Positions 1-13,565 of a stretch of DNA of 64,000 bases are shown piece after piece (position 1 is the first letter of the stretch; each line of letters starts with the position of its first letter). This stretch comes from Glaucostegus cemiculus (Eukaryota), in assembly GCA_976551045.1 (NCBI GenBank), contig CDPCPM010000057.1, positions 3,100,001 through 3,164,000 on the forward strand, in the 5' to 3' direction. Below the pieces are notes generated by a model. The model was not told where the DNA came from, made no database searches, and saw only the letters and a program-made list of their open reading frames with translations. The position numbers and the translations under genes are program-made.

Positions 1-781
1 TTCATATTTTGCCCCTCGGCTTTAATGCCAGCCATTGTTGGTGGATATTTGAAGTGGGTTGCTAAATTTTGTTAGGTAACTTTTCCTTTGTTTTTGCTGT
101 TTCATGTTTTTTGAGGTTCAAATTTTTTTTCAACTGTTGAACAGTTTGAGACATGTTTAAGATGTGGAAACAGTGAAGAGGTGTAATGGCAGCACAAGAT
201 GTCGCAAGGCCATCACACTGGTCTTAGGACCTAGATGCTGCTTGCACTCTGTTGCACCTTGTGGAATGACAATAGAATAACTTTGGCAGTTGTTGGAACT
301 TGTCTGGTTGCAAAAATATACTGCTGTCTCAGGGCTGACGTGGGCACAACCAGGATCAGTGCAATCTTGCCAATTTTTTGTGATGAATCTTCACACACTT
401 TAATCCAAAATGATCACTGTACCATCAGCAATTGTCTTACAGAATGTGCATTTAAGACATTTTCTTCCTGTGTTGAAGATGAGCTAGATGACATATATAT
501 TTTAAATTTATATTACTTTTCAAGAAAGAGAGGTGCTAAATATAAAATTTATAGTGAGCATTAATTTGCAGGAATCCACATTTGCTAAGTGTGGATTTTC
601 ATTACCAACTTGTGAAAGCATTTGAGTAAACAGTTGGTGCACTTCTTTCCCCTTCCCTTTTTTTTTACTGGAATCTCATATTAAATAGAGGAAATTAAAA
701 TCAAAATTGTGTTACAAGACCAATTTGACACAGTATTGTAATTTTTAAATGGTTGACTATTGAATGCTGCTTTGCTTATAG

Positions 782-992
782 ACTGAATGCGTCATCCTCT
801 GTATCGCAACGTGATGTACAGACATTGAAGACTGAACTCAATAGAGTGTCTGTTGATCGGGATAAACTAAAACAGGAAATGATGGCAAGGGTGGCAGATA
901 TCCAAGAAAAGAACAAAACTATCACCCAGGTTAAAAAGATTGGTCGTAGATACAAGACTCAATACGAGGAGCTGAAAGCACAGTATGATAAG
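782..992 (+). CDS. TPR: TPR coding exon (first in window; the gene starts upstream), coiled-coil region
   Basis: tag| acceptor, aag|gtaaat donor. Encodes LNASSS...[32 protein letters not shown], matching recalled human TPR [32 protein letters not shown]. Confidence 0.95.
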
Positions 993-1889
993 GTAAATTG
1001 TGAAGAATTATTAAATAGAAATGTTTATGCAATCTGGAATTGTTTCATCAATCAAATACTAATTTCCTGATCTTTCAAGATATTTCAGTTCAATCCCTTT
1101 TTGCACATTACTTGTAAATTGTGACTATGCCAATTTAGTTCATTGCGTATTTTCCCCCCACCACAGTAAAAGTTGATCTCCGTGACATAACACATTCTGC
1201 TCACAAAGATCATTGTGGAAAAAAAATGGTCTTTTTAGCAGCAGAGGGAAGGTAGTCTTGTTCTATAATGACATAAAAATTGTAATTTGAATTGAGCTCT
1301 CCCTTTTTATTGCCAAATTAATGTTTTGATTTTGGTATTTTCCTACTGGCTTATTAAGTTGAAAACCAAAGATTCCAACATCAAACTTCTTTAGTCCCAA
1401 TTCATTGTTTAACTTCTGAAAACTATTTCTGAAACATTCTTGCAGTCTTGGCCCACTGTTCAAGTTGGAAAAACGAATAGATGAAAACTGTAGTGATAAC
1501 TGTTGTTCATAATGTACATAAAAGTTAAGCTGGCTGGCAATAGGCTTTGCCATAGCTATTTTAACACCTTGGATTCATAACTCTTGCTAATGCTTGTCCA
1601 GAATTAAGTGTGGATGGTTCAAAACTTTAGTGCAAACGAGTAAGATTAAAGACATTCTTTTCCACTAGAATCTCCAAACTAATGCAGTTCCATTGTCCAT
1701 GGTGCTTATTGTAGCAGAACCCCCCAATCCCAGCACATGTACAATCTAGTATATCAGTTTGATCACAAGGCAAGCTTAAAACCCAAATCCAATCTACCAC
1801 CAAAACAACTAATTTTCAACTCATCTGGATTGTCCACTTCCACCTTTTTTATCTTGCATAACCATGTACCACTCAAAAACACATGCAGC

Positions 1890-2290
1890 TAGTGGAGCTG
1901 ATGCCTCATGGCTCCAGCGACCTGGATTCATTCCTAACCTCTGGCACTGTCTGCGTGGAGTCTTACAAGTTTTCCCTGTGTCAGCATGGGTTTTCTCTAT
2001 TTGCTCTCCAGTTTCTTCCCACATCCCAAAGACTCAAGAGTTGGTAGATTAATTGGCCCCTATGAATTGCCTGTCGTGTAGGTGACTGGTAGAATCTGGA
2101 GGTAGTTGATGGGAATGTCATAAAATCATTGTCATGCAGCAGAGAAACAGGTCCTTCAGGATACCATGTCCATGCTGGCCTTTTGGAATACAAAGAGAAT
2201 AAAATTGGTTAGGGTTCCTTTGTGTAAAAAGGGGTGCTTTGTAATTGGTGTGGATTCAGTGGGCTGAAGGGCCTTTTTCCATGCTGTATT
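1890..2290 (+). mobile_element. Degenerate V-SINE (HE1-like)
   Basis: V-domain-like ccctgtgtcagcatgggttttctc...ccagtttcttcccacatcccaaaga and LINE-derived tail gggctgaagggcctttttccatgctgta. Confidence 0.7.
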
Positions 2291-2379
2291 TCTGACCTAC
2301 ATGCCTTAATCCTTGAGGCCAATCACCTCCTGGCTTGGCTTCTTCGTATCTTCAGTACTGGTCCCAAGTCCTGAATTTG

Positions 2380-2735
2380 GAGTCATAAATTTGTACAGCA
2401 TAGAAACGGGCCCTTCTGCCTACCACCATCATGCCTATCCATTCTAATCCCATTTGCCTGGTCAGGTCGTGGGGATTTATTCACCTTTTAAGCACTTCAG
2501 GACCTCCAACACCACCTTTTATAACTTTGATATGCTCCATAATATCCCTGTTCCCTCCCATGAGCTCACTAGCTTCCATTGTCCTTCTCCATGGTAAGAG
2601 CACCCAATTCCCATTGCTCCACACGTAGATTCTGATCTTAATCCTTAAAGGGACCTGCTCTCTCCCTAGCAACCCTTTTACTCTTAACATAGAATCTTTT
2701 AGGATTCTTTATCTTGGCTGCCAGGGATATCTCAT
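2380..2735 (-). mobile_element. CR1-type LINE fragments
   Basis: Minus-strand peptide EISLAAKIKNPKRFYVKSKRVARERAGPFKD is typical of CR1 ORF2; a tail-like sequence lies near 2385-2420. Confidence 0.6.
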
Positions 2736-2759
2736 TCCTTCTCCCCTCACCTCCCTCAT

Positions 2760-3180
2760 TTGGTATTGGTTTATCATTGTCACTTGTTCCGAGATACAGT
2801 GGAAAAACTTGTCTTGCATACCATTTGTACAAATCAATTCACTACACAGTGCATTGAGAATACAGAGTAAAGTGTCACAGCTACAGGGAAGTGCATTGCA
2901 GGTAGATAATAAGGTGCAGTGTCATAACAAGGTAGATTGTGAGGTCAAGAGTCCTTCTCATCTCTCAAGCCCAACCCCTCACCTGGATCCACCTATCACC
3001 TGCCAGCTCTTGCTCCACCCCTTCCCTACCAGCTATCTCCCCTCTTTCAGTCCAGATGAAAGGTCTTGATCCAAAACATTGATTGGCTGTTTCCCTCAAT
3101 AGATGTTGCTTGACCCACTGAGTTCCTCCAGCATATTGTGTGTTGTTCCAGATTCCAGCATCTGCAGTCTCTTGTGTCTC
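2760..3180. mobile_element. Composite of interspersed-repeat relics (a LINE 3' end on the - strand plus a second repeat, possibly Penelope-derived)
   Basis: ggtattggtttat... is a reversed aataaaccaatacc-type tail. The ...gagttcctccagca...gattccagcatctgcag block has reverse-orientation relatives near 8040-8110 and 30140-30200. Family assignment is uncertain. Confidence 0.45.
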
Positions 3181-3667
3181 AGGAATATCTCATGCCTCTT
3201 TTTTTTGCCCTCCTAATTTGCTCAAGTGTTATACTACACCCCTTATACTCTAAGAGATTTGCTTGTTCCCAGCTGCCTATACCTCACATATACTCCTTTT
3301 TCATGACCATTTCCTCATAATCATTTGTCAACCAAGGTTGCCTAATCTTACCACCCTTGCCCTTCATTCTACTAGGAACAAGCTGGCCCTGAACATATAC
3401 TCATTCACTTTTAAAATTCATTGGTCCTTCACACCTCCCTTTGTCAAAGCAAAACACTATGGATATTGGACTGTTTACCTGTGTTCCATGTCCTGAACTC
3501 AAACTTGATCATTCTTCCTAACTTATCTGCTGATTGGCGTCAGGTTTCATCATTGAAGTACTTCAGTGAATGTTATTATGTTAAAAGTATAAGTGGAAGC
3601 TTTAAGAGGGCTATGTACATCATTTTATTAAATCTTTTTTTGCCAAAACTTTTTCCCTGCCTTCCAG

Positions 3668-3814
3668 ATGGTTGCTGAGACTTCTTCTCAACGTTCAGCA
3701 GATCAACAAGCAGAACAATCCTCTGCTCAAGCCACACAGGATTTGCAAGAAGCCCTGGCTCAGTCTGAATCTAGAGCTAAGGCATTAGAGTCTCAGGCTG
3801 AAGCTCTGCAGAAG
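3668..3814 (+). CDS. TPR: TPR coding exon
   Basis: ccag| and aag|gtaagg; 147 nt, phase 0/0. MVAETSSQRSADQQ...LAQSESRAKALESQAEALQK (human: [20 protein letters not shown]). Confidence 0.92.
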
Positions 3815-5652
3815 GTAAGGTCACAGTGTAATTACTAGCCATCTTAGTAAGATTGTCCTGAAATTATTGGCTTTATCTGAACATGAGATCAAAATTTTAT
3901 CAGGATACATAGTTTGCAGTGCAAATGTGTAAGTTGGTAGTATTGAACATATTGCAAGTCTGAGGCATCCACTACTACCTGCTACCAGTGAAGTTGATTG
4001 TCAGTTTCCTTGAGTAAGCATTGGGTTGTCTCTCCCATCCCAGCAAGCAATAGAAGCTGCAGCCAATTTTGTGACAAAATCTGATACAGGAATACCTGCC
4101 TTGCTGCATGGTGGTGATATTACCAACACATTGTGTCAGTTTAGGGGGCACAGGATGTGCACGAGACCAGCATCAAGCAGCAGCTGCCTTTTAGTTTTTG
4201 TCTCCAGATTAAGGCAAGATGGTATTTGGTGTTTCAGAGGTTGAAATATGCCCATGATAACGATGTTTCAGTGCATCTGGAAGTTGCAAAATTAAAAGTT
4301 GGCAAACCATATGCCATCTTCCCAATATTTACAGAAGTTAGTAAAGATTTAGAATAAGCTTATAGTTAATACAATAAGTGATCTACAAAATGACCTGTTA
4401 GATTTCTTTCACTCACACAATAATTGAATCATGTGTCTTTCACTGCCGCTTGGTCTGTCTGGTTTTAAGACTCTTGACTTGCTCAAGTCATACTTGCACT
4501 GGGCATTATGGGTTCATATGGATGGATTTTCAGTGGGGCGAGGGAAATAGGTGAGGTGGGGGGGTGGAATTAATGGAATTGCTCTGAGAGCTAGCATAGA
4601 CTGGATGGACTGAATACTACCTTCTATATTACCTCTTCTCCACTGAGGTGAGGAGAAAAACATAATACAGTTACATTGGAATCTTCTAAGCTACTGTAAA
4701 ATGGGTCTACATTCTGAAAATGAAAATTTTTAAATCATCAGTTTAAGATTCAGAGATGTCTAATTAAAATCTATTCTCTGACAAATAAAACAATTTGTAT
4801 GTTGGTGCAGCAGCACTTGAGGATCTCACTGATGAGCTGAATAAATTTAATTGTCGTAAATATTTGGGGAAAAATCTGAAAGGATTATCAGTATAGTATA
4901 TCAAGAAAAACAAAGGAAATCATATTTGACTAGACTGATCCAGTGAATTTACATACATGACACAAAATTAGTTTGGCTAGGAACTTTTTCTACATGTACA
5001 TCATTTGTACATTTGAATTCCAAAACCAAATATAATGAGGAAGATTTTTTAAAAGGCACTTGCAAAGGAGCCAATCAATGGCAAAAATTTCAAGTGCTCT
5101 ACATGCAGATAATAACCCCCAAAAAGGGACTGTTACATAAATTGGGGAAAATATTGCGCATAGAACGCAAGAGATCCAGGAATGACACTCGTATACTATG
5201 GTTGTTGGAAATTTAAATAAAAATACTTCCAAAATTAATGCCTGGAGATAATGCTGCCTTTTTCTCTTAAGAAATATCAGCATTCTGATTGACACAATAT
5301 GAGACTGTCACAATTGTGTTTGGTAGCAGTTAAGCAAATCAGATGATGGAATAGATTAAGAGGCCAGTACTGGAATGAAAGATTGGATCAATCATTGATG
5401 CTACTGTGCACGTCTCTAGGTTTTTTTATTTGGACTGACTGATGACAGTCATTTGCCTGTGTTGGGTAAAGAACTCCGTTGTCATTGACCCAGAAAATCA
5501 TTTGCTCTGTTGGGTAAAGAACTCCATTCTTATTGACCCAATAGGTTTGCATATGCTTAATCAATATAGCCTAACATTTCATGGGGGGCGTAAATCTTGT
5601 ACATGTAGCCTGTTGAACAATTACAACTTCTGTTTTCTGTAATTTTTTTCAG

Positions 5653-5851
5653 TCTGTTAGTGAGAAGGAATCCGAACTTAAAAAATTACAGGATGAAGTA
5701 ACCCAGTTGCAAGGTGAACTTTCCCGCTTGCGTCAGGAACTGCAGGAGAAAGCAAACCTCGAAGAACAGCTTCGGCAGCAGATTCTGGAGAAAGAGGAGA
5801 AGACCAAAAAAGCAATATTGGTTGCCAAACAGAAGATAACACAGTTAGCTG
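5653..5851 (+). CDS. TPR: TPR coding exon
   Basis: ttcag| and g|gtcagc. [31 protein letters not shown]...[30 protein letters not shown]. Confidence 0.93.
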
Positions 5852-6078
5852 GTCAGCCACTTTTTTTTTAACAGATGCATTACATATGAATGGAAAAATT
5901 AACTGTAGAAAAGAACAGATTACTAGAATTTGAACTTGTACCTATCATTGTTTAGTGTAATTTCAGCTGCTTGTTTGAGCTTTTTTCTTTAGACAGAAAT
6001 GAATGCAGAGTAATGATATTTTACTTATGGTTCAAGTATTTAGTAGGATTTGAAATTAAGCTGATTGGATTGTTTTAG

Positions 6079-6305
6079 GTTTGAAGGAGCAATTGGCAAA
6101 AGAGAATGAAGAGTTAAAGCAGCACAATGAAGAGTTTAAACAGCGTGTCACTAGCTTAGATCAGCAAAGAGAGGAGCTGGAGGTACGCATGAGTGCCCTC
6201 AAATCACAGTATGACGGTCACATTACTCGACTTAAACGAGAGCTGAAAGAACACCAGGAACGACAGCATGAACAACGGGAGGAACCACAAGAACTAACTA
6301 TTAAG
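6079..6305 (+). CDS. TPR: TPR coding exon (end of coiled coil)
   Basis: tttag| and aag|gtacgt. [15 protein letters not shown]...[33 protein letters not shown]. Confidence 0.93.
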
Positions 6306-6859
6306 GTACGTGGAGAAAGAATTGGGGGACTCAAAATTCAATGTAATTGGCAAAATTGGAAAGGAAATTTTGATGCTTTATAATAGGATAAAAGGATATG
6401 TATGCTTTTTTGAGGTACTCAACATATGAACAGGTACTTAGAGAATTTTATTGCACCACATTGAATTTGATGCAGTGACATTCACAAAAATACACACACA
6501 CTTTTATTCTCTGGATTGTTTTTGTATCAGGTTATTCAGAGCAACATTGAGTTTAACCTAACCTGGAAGTTCAAGTTGTTTTGTGTTGTCAATTATTTTC
6601 ATCAGTGAATTATGCACATCATTCGTTGCAACTATCTCAACAGAGTTTATTGAGAATTGAGGACTGTTGCTCCATTTTCCAATTATGTAATAAAAATCCA
6701 GTGATTTAGGTCATAAAGGTGTATATAATGGGGAAATGATTTTATTAATGCCTTGGAATGGCCTTTGTAAATACACAGCATATCCTTTTTTACATTTTTA
6801 ATACACAGAAATAAAACTACACAGTTTGAGCTTAATGATGTATTTCTGTTATGCATTAG

Positions 6860-6939
6860 ACTTCTGAGCCACAGAGACAACTGGATCCACAGAGACAGAT
6901 CACCTTGAAACAAACTCCAGTATCTACAGACAGAGGAAG
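6860..6939 (+). CDS. TPR: TPR coding exon
   Basis: ttag| and ag|gtatga. TSEPQRQLDPQRQITLKQTPVSTDRG (human: PEQQRQITLKTTPASGERG). Confidence 0.88.
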
Positions 6940-7322
6940 GTATGAATAAGTATCATTTGTAGCTATCTCATTTTCTTAAACTAATCCAATATTGATATAA
7001 AGCATTATGTTGCATATGCCTCTAATAACTTTGAGTGCAACTTAGTGAAGACCTATCTCCTTAAACACAAGAATTAGCCATGGTATTTAATTGCATTCAA
7101 TGGACGGAATCTTGTTTTACTTTAAAAAGAAACAAAATCCTGTTCTTAACCTTGCAGCTTTAATAGTTGCAGTGCACTTCTGTGGTATGTTTACTATCAT
7201 AGTAAATTTTTGGTAAATGTTAAATTCATTATATTTTCATTATGAAAGGCAATGTTTCATTTACAATTGATTTAATTCTGAATGGGAAACATTAACTAAA
7301 CTTTCTTCAAAATTCCATGCAG

Positions 7323-7531
7323 TTCGAGCTCATCGGATCCACCAACAGCCAATATCAAGCCGACCCCTCTTGTGGCAACACCTAGTAAAGTAGCTGCTGG
7401 GCCAGTGCCTGGCAGCAAGTCCACACCAAGAGCCAGTATTCGTCCAATGGTTACTCCAGCAACTGTCACTGGACCAGCCACAACACCAACTGCAACAGTG
7501 ATGCCAACAACACAGGTTGAAACACAAGAAG
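7323..7531 (+). CDS. TPR: TPR coding exon
   Basis: gcag| and g|gtatct. [12 protein letters not shown]...[18 protein letters not shown]...[16 protein letters not shown]. Confidence 0.95.
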
Positions 7532-7717
7532 GTATCTAGTTTAAATATTGAACCAAGGAACAAGCAACCACTATGAAACTAGCAGCTGTGTAATATTCAG
7601 ATTGGCTTGCCACAGTAGAGAAATATGATTTTCAAATCCAATTTGCTTAATGGAAAATAATGTTGGTTGCTAGTCATGTCCTTGTTTTCAATTTCACCCT
7701 CTTGTTTAATTCAGCAG

Positions 7718-7990
7718 CCATACAGTCAGAAGGACCAGTGGAGCACGTAACTGTTTTTGGTAGCACAAGTGGAACAGTACGTTCAACGAGTCCAAATATC
7801 CCGAACTTGTCACAGCCTATTTTAACAGTCCAGCAGCAACAGACACAAGCAACAGCTTTTGTACAGCCCACTCAACAAACTCTTCAGCAGGTTGAACCAG
7901 CAAATCAGGAGCTTTCAACAAACCTAGCAGATGTTGTGCAGAACTCCCCATTGGAACGACCATCCACTTCTACTGCTGTATTTGGGACAG
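7718..7990 (+). CDS. TPR: TPR coding exon (alternative acceptor at 7715)
   Basis: tcagcag| NAGNAG acceptor, g|gttagt donor. [24 protein letters not shown]...[12 protein letters not shown]. Confidence 0.93.
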
Positions 7991-9811
7991 GTTAGTTTGT
8001 TATGATCTGAAAATTGCTTCAACTGATTCCTGAAAATAAAAAAGTGCAGATGCTAGAAATTAAAAGAAAACACAAAATGCTGGAAGCAGCAGGTCAGGCC
8101 ACATCCCTGGGAAAAGAAACAGTCAGCATTTCAGGTCAGAGTTTCAATGCTTTATACCCAATCTGAAACATTGACTCTTATTATTTCCAGCATTTTCTAT
8201 TTTTTGTTTTAGATGATTTGATCTTACTAATCTTGAATTGAAAGTTTTTGAATATTGACATTCAGCAATGAGAGCAAGTCATTCAGCTCTTGTCTGTTCG
8301 GCTAATTCTGTAAGGCAGTGGCTGATCTCCACTCCTTAATCTTTCACAACACATTTCTTTGTGTCCTTGAATAACAAAAATTCTATTGCCATCATTGATG
8401 GAAGTATCAATTGACTTAACATTAAGACTTTCGGCAGGGAGTAGTGTGGTGGTAGAGGAGGTTGGCGGTTGGGGAAGAATTCTGTACCATGCTCTGGTTT
8501 TATTCCTGACTATCTCTAGATTTAAGATTGCATAGCCAAATCCTTCATTCTGAAACTCAAACACCTAATTTTAGCTTCCTTGGATAAGGTAAAATTCTCC
8601 TGCTAATACATTTAATCCTAGAAACTGATGTATTGTACCCTTGATTCCTCTATAGAAGGTCTTTTATTCAGATTAGGAGTTGGAAACTGGGACATGATAC
8701 TGTGGATGTGGTCTCTCAGAAGCCCTACCTGACTGCAGTGAGGCTTCCGTGTTACCCTTGTGGTCCAATCCCTTTGTAATAAAGACTACTACAAGGTTTC
8801 TGAATTCTTACTGTAACCGGTTTGTGTGCAAAAATGTCCTGGTCCTGCTTAATACTAATTATTTCCTCACCTCTCAATGTATTTTTAAAAAATCTCTATG
8901 TTCCAATTGGCACAGCCCTGCTTGATCACAGAGCCTTTCCTTAAACCTTTTCGGTCTTGTTGCCTTCCTCGAAGCTGCCTCTTGTTCTTCTGTATTCTGA
9001 ATATTTGGATTCAGTGACCAATATGAATGTACCTAAATGTTAACTTGCTGAGGTTCAGATATTGATTCTTTGATTATCCCAGTAGGTTGCTTTAACCTGA
9101 AATTGACTTCTATATTTGTATTATTTTCTTCCTATTAACCAAGTTGGAATCTTGCTAATTTCTATACTATGTGAATCCTGCTACTTTCCTAACCCAGTGC
9201 TTTATAGCCAATGAACATTTGTATGCCCTGAAAGGGACATGACAGATCTTGCATAATGTGATTTTTTTTCCATTTATGACCAATGAAGTTGGTGACCAAA
9301 CTTAAATGACTTTTACTTGCCTCTACTTGTTTATTGTAGTAAAACAAAGCCAGGTAAGCTATTTTCCAGCAGACAAACGTTGTGAAAAGTTGATTTTAAA
9401 TTGAATGCGCTTTTTTTTACTTTTTGTGGGGACTGCCCGATCTTCTTGATGATGTTCAAAACCATCATTAAAACTGGAGTGAAATGAGTGCCGTACAGGA
9501 AACTTAAGTTGAAGACCTGTACTTCTGTCAATGCACAACACAATATAACATTTTTTGAAAGTTGATACTGGGACTCTGAACAATTCTAAGCTCTTGCTAA
9601 GAAAAGTAAATAATGCTGTAATCCACAGAGCTCTCAATTCACCACTTTTTGGTCAGTTAATAAGTAACTAATTGGACAACTTCTCTGAAATCTATTTCTT
9701 TTATTGGACATTTCTCATTCAGTGATTGAACTTGTAGGTTTTCGGGCCATTAGGTCTCAGAAAAACTTTTCTGAATTTGAAATGATGGTTTGAAGAAGTG
9801 TCACCTTTCAG

Positions 9812-9951
9812 TTTCAGGTTCGACTACTATGTCTAAGCGTCAGCGTGAAGATGATGAGGAGACCAGTGCAGATAACACAGCTCATGGTCAGGATGAGTCT
9901 TTGGAACATCAGTCAAAGAAATTGAAACTCATCCAACGAGCGGTATGTGAG
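9812..9951 (+). CDS. TPR: TPR coding exon carrying the basic NLS-like clusters (alternative in-frame donor after 9942)
   Basis: ttcag|. VSGSTTMSKRQREDDEE...SKKLKLIQRAVCE (human: PKRTREEEED...PKKLKSVTPVGTE). Two in-frame donors: gcg|gtatgt and gag|gtgctt. Confidence 0.85.
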
Positions 9952-10839
9952 GTGCTTGATATATTGCTGATGAAATTGCAAAACTAGCTGCGAAGTAGGG
10001 ATAAGAGAAGCTTCTCTGATTTGAGAGAGTGTTTAAAATGAGAGAGAATTCAATCATGTAGACAGGAAAATTATTCTCATGTTTTTGAAAATCCAGACGA
10101 AAGGAGTAAAATAAAATTAGAGACAAGCCATAAAGGAACATAGTTCAAGAGTATCTGTTCCTACAAAGGGTAATCATAGTCTGGAAATGTCTCCCATTAA
10201 ATGCATGTGTTTGGTGAAACAAGTGCAATGTTCTACCAGTCAATTAGGGGGAAGGGTATCAAGATAAAAGTGTGCACTATTGAATAGCAATAATCTAATT
10301 AAGTTGCAGAATATGTGCAGTTGAATGGTGTCTGTGAATGGCAAATAGCTTGGAAATGTTCATGAAATCTATGGAGAATTCAGTAAAACTCTTGATAATC
10401 TGACGCTTGGGACCTTCATGGTGCTGGACTGGATTTTCCAGACTATTAGATATTATGCATGTTTAATTGGTTTATTTAATGTGTTACATGATATTATGAA
10501 TTTCCCAGTGAACCAAATACATTTGAGGGGAGCACAGGAACTGGGACTTCGATGAGTGAGAAGGAAGCATGGCAATCATTACCCAGTGAGCTAAATGCCA
10601 AACCTTTGAGATTTGCCAATAGTTGGATGGTCGATTATCTGAGTTTTACTGGAGTTGGAAAAGGACAATTTGGGCAGGTGGGGTGGGGGGGAGGGGGTGG
10701 AGGTAGAAATTATAACTTTCTCACAAATATATACATCGAAGCCTCTGCTCCATGGTGAGTTTTCAGATATTTGTGTAGAATTGATGTTAAATGCTCACAG
10801 TATTGAACACTCTGCCACTAAACTGTATTTCAACTTCAG

Positions 10840-10935
10840 GAAGAGCACATGCAAGAAGTGGAAGAAAGTGCAGAAACAGATACTGAAATGCAGATGCAGT
10901 CAGAGAACCTGGATTCACAGGACTCTATCACCCAG
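10840..10935 (+). CDS. TPR: TPR coding exon
   Basis: ttcag| and cag|gtcagt; 96 nt. EEHMQEVEESAETDTEMQMQSENLDSQDSITQ. Confidence 0.88.
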
Positions 10936-12433
10936 GTCAGTTGATTACCACCAGTTAGTCTTGTAAAGATATGGATTCAGTCCTGTGTGTTTTATACCCA
11001 AAAACAAATGCCTTTTTGCATTGCCTTTTAAGCACATTGTTTCTCTATGCTTTACATTGCATAATTAGGGATGTGTGTGCAAGGGCTTTTGTGAAAACCA
11101 TCTCATTTATGGTAGGGGTTTTGTTGTATCCTTCAAATTATCCTTGCATAATGAAATCTGTGCCCAGGTGTAATAATTATTCCAGTTAATATGTAGCACC
11201 CACATTTCATTGCCCAGGAAGGCTTGAACAATGGAGTCTCACAGCCACCTCTCCTTGACATTCTGGCCACTGGCCAGCATGGATGTAGTGGGCTGAAAGG
11301 CCATTTGCAATGCTGTATGATTATTCCACGGCAGTGTCAAATTTTCCTTCCACTGTAACATGAGAATCCCCATTGATCAGAAACTTGATGTGCGACCCAC
11401 AAAAATTCTGATAATGATAACACATCAGAGCTTGGCACTTCTGTTCAGAGAAACCCACCTCTTGATTGTCCAAAACACTTCCATCATTGTCTACAAAACG
11501 TATCTGAATTTTTCATAATTAATTTATTAATGGCTAGGCTAACATTTATTGTTCTAGAAAGAAAGAGTTTCCTCCTCCAGTGTGAAGTTTGATAAACATG
11601 CAAGAAGCTCTATAACATCAAGGACAAAACAAGCTTGATTAATACACCATCCATTACCTTGAACATCTAGTTCCCTCCACAACAACCACACCTTGCCTGC
11701 TCTGTGCATATGACTTGCAAAATGCTCTGGATCCCCTGCACAAGGCCTCTTCCACAAATCAAAGAGTGAAGGTGATAGAGGTCACAGGTGCCACTTTGAC
11801 TTAATTGACTGTGAAATAAATCATCCCTCTTTCATTTTCACTGGGCCGTAAACCTGGAGCTCCTGATAAAAAAAAGCACAATGAGAGTGTGTTCACCACA
11901 CTAACTGCAGTGCTTCAAGAAAGAAGTTTATCGTCAATACCCCTAGGCCAGATAAGAGCCCAGTCTGTTTTTTAATTAGATTCAGTTGTCTCAAGCTTTC
12001 TGCAGCAAAATAGGGATCAAGTGTAAAGGCCTTAAGGGGGATTCTGAGATGGTTAGGCAAGAAGAGTAACCTCTTTGTTGACATGAAACATTGCATGATG
12101 GAATGTAGCAACCCACCAAGATTTCTCCAATGGCACTTCCAAACCTGTGATCTCTGCACCATTAGTAGACAATAATAATAATTGGCAGGAAAGATGCCCA
12201 TGTGAGGGGATATGGACAAAATAATAATCTATAAAATAAAGTATACTTAAACTGCTTTCACAAGCAAATTGACAAGACAACATCTGGACAAAACATTTCA
12301 AAAGGTTTCGCATTGACAATTTGCCACAATATAGAGAACTTGGCTATAAAAATTTATAACAGCAGAAGCAGGTAACACATGTAACCATATATATTTAAAA
12401 AATCAGTATATTTGAGTGTACTTTTATATAATT

Positions 12434-12688
12434 GGGCGGCACGATAGCATAGTGGTTAGCGCTGTTACAGTGCCAGCGATCGGGGTTCGATTCCCATCGC
12501 TGTCTTTAAGGAGTTTGTACGTTCTCCCGTGTCTGTGTGGGTTTCCTCCGGGTGCTCCAGTTTCCTCCCACATTCTAAAAGACGTACGGGTAGGTTAATT
12601 TGGGGGTTTAAAATGGGTGGTGCGGGCTCATTGGGCCGAAAGGGCCTGTTACCACGCTGTAAATAAAATAAAATTAAAATTAAAATAA
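12434..12688 (+). mobile_element. Near-intact tRNA-derived V-SINE (HE1-like)
   Basis: A-box-like tagcatagtgg, B box ggttcgattcc, V-domain gttctcccgtgtctgtgtgggtttcctccgggtgctccagtttcctcccaca, CR1-like tail gggccgaaagggcctgtt, and a taaaa/ttaaaa repeat tail. Confidence 0.85.
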
Positions 12689-12778
12689 TATTTCTAATAA
12701 TGAAGTTGCTGTTCCCATCAATGCAGTCTTAGTAATTTACCAAATGAAAATCATTTCTATTCTGACATTTTTTTGCAG

Positions 12779-12970
12779 GTGGTCATTGAAGAATACCCAC
12801 CTTCTCAACTGATGGAAGATAATGATGAGACTTCTCATCCTTTAGATTTGGTTCCCCAACCACCGGAACATCAGCAAAATACTCAATCATCACAAAATTC
12901 TCAAACACAAACTGAATACATTATTATTGAGAGTGATGAAGACCCAGACAATGAAGAGGACCAAGAGCAG
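12779..12970 (+). CDS. TPR: TPR coding exon
   Basis: ttgcag| and cag|gtaaac; 192 nt. ...MEDNDETSHPLDL...YIIIESDEDPDNEEDQEQ (human: MEDSEETSQ...VIVIDSDDEE). Confidence 0.88.
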
Positions 12971-13565
12971 GTAAACATTATGAAGCTGGATGGGATTGAA
13001 TTAAAATAGTGCTTGGCAGATCCACCAACCTACTCACATTTTGAGCAGCATTTCATTGTGTATAGTGGACATCTTGAAGTGAGAATGTGTGATTTTTAAA
13101 AATGAATCATTTATTACCTTTAATGAATTTATGTATTACCTATCTTTAAAAACCAACCATGGGCTTCCCAAATTTTAGTGCTCTATATAACTGCATCAAA
13201 CCCTCCCTCCTTTGTATCCCTTCAATAGTGTTGTTAGTGTTCCTAGTTACTTATTGTACTTGCATTGTGGCTTTTTATGAATCATGAACTAGGACGATCA
13301 AATGATCCTGTATCTCACTACTGTGTAATCTCTCATTATTTCGATTGTTTTATTTTTATAAATGAGAAATTTCACATTTCTCTCAAGTTATGATCCATTT
13401 TATTTCCCTTTGTAGCTGCCATGTATCATCCTCACAACTTAACTTCTTAGCTCTCTTTGTGTTACATACATATTTATTGAATATAAATCCTTTTTATCCA
13501 GGTCATAACTAATAGAAAGTTGTGGCTCTAGCACTGATCCCTTTGACACTACACATTACATCTAA

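Noticed and set aside
12434-12500. tRNA gene suggested by A/B boxes
   Set aside because: It is the tRNA-derived head of a SINE, followed by a V-domain and LINE tail; I see no complete cloverleaf.
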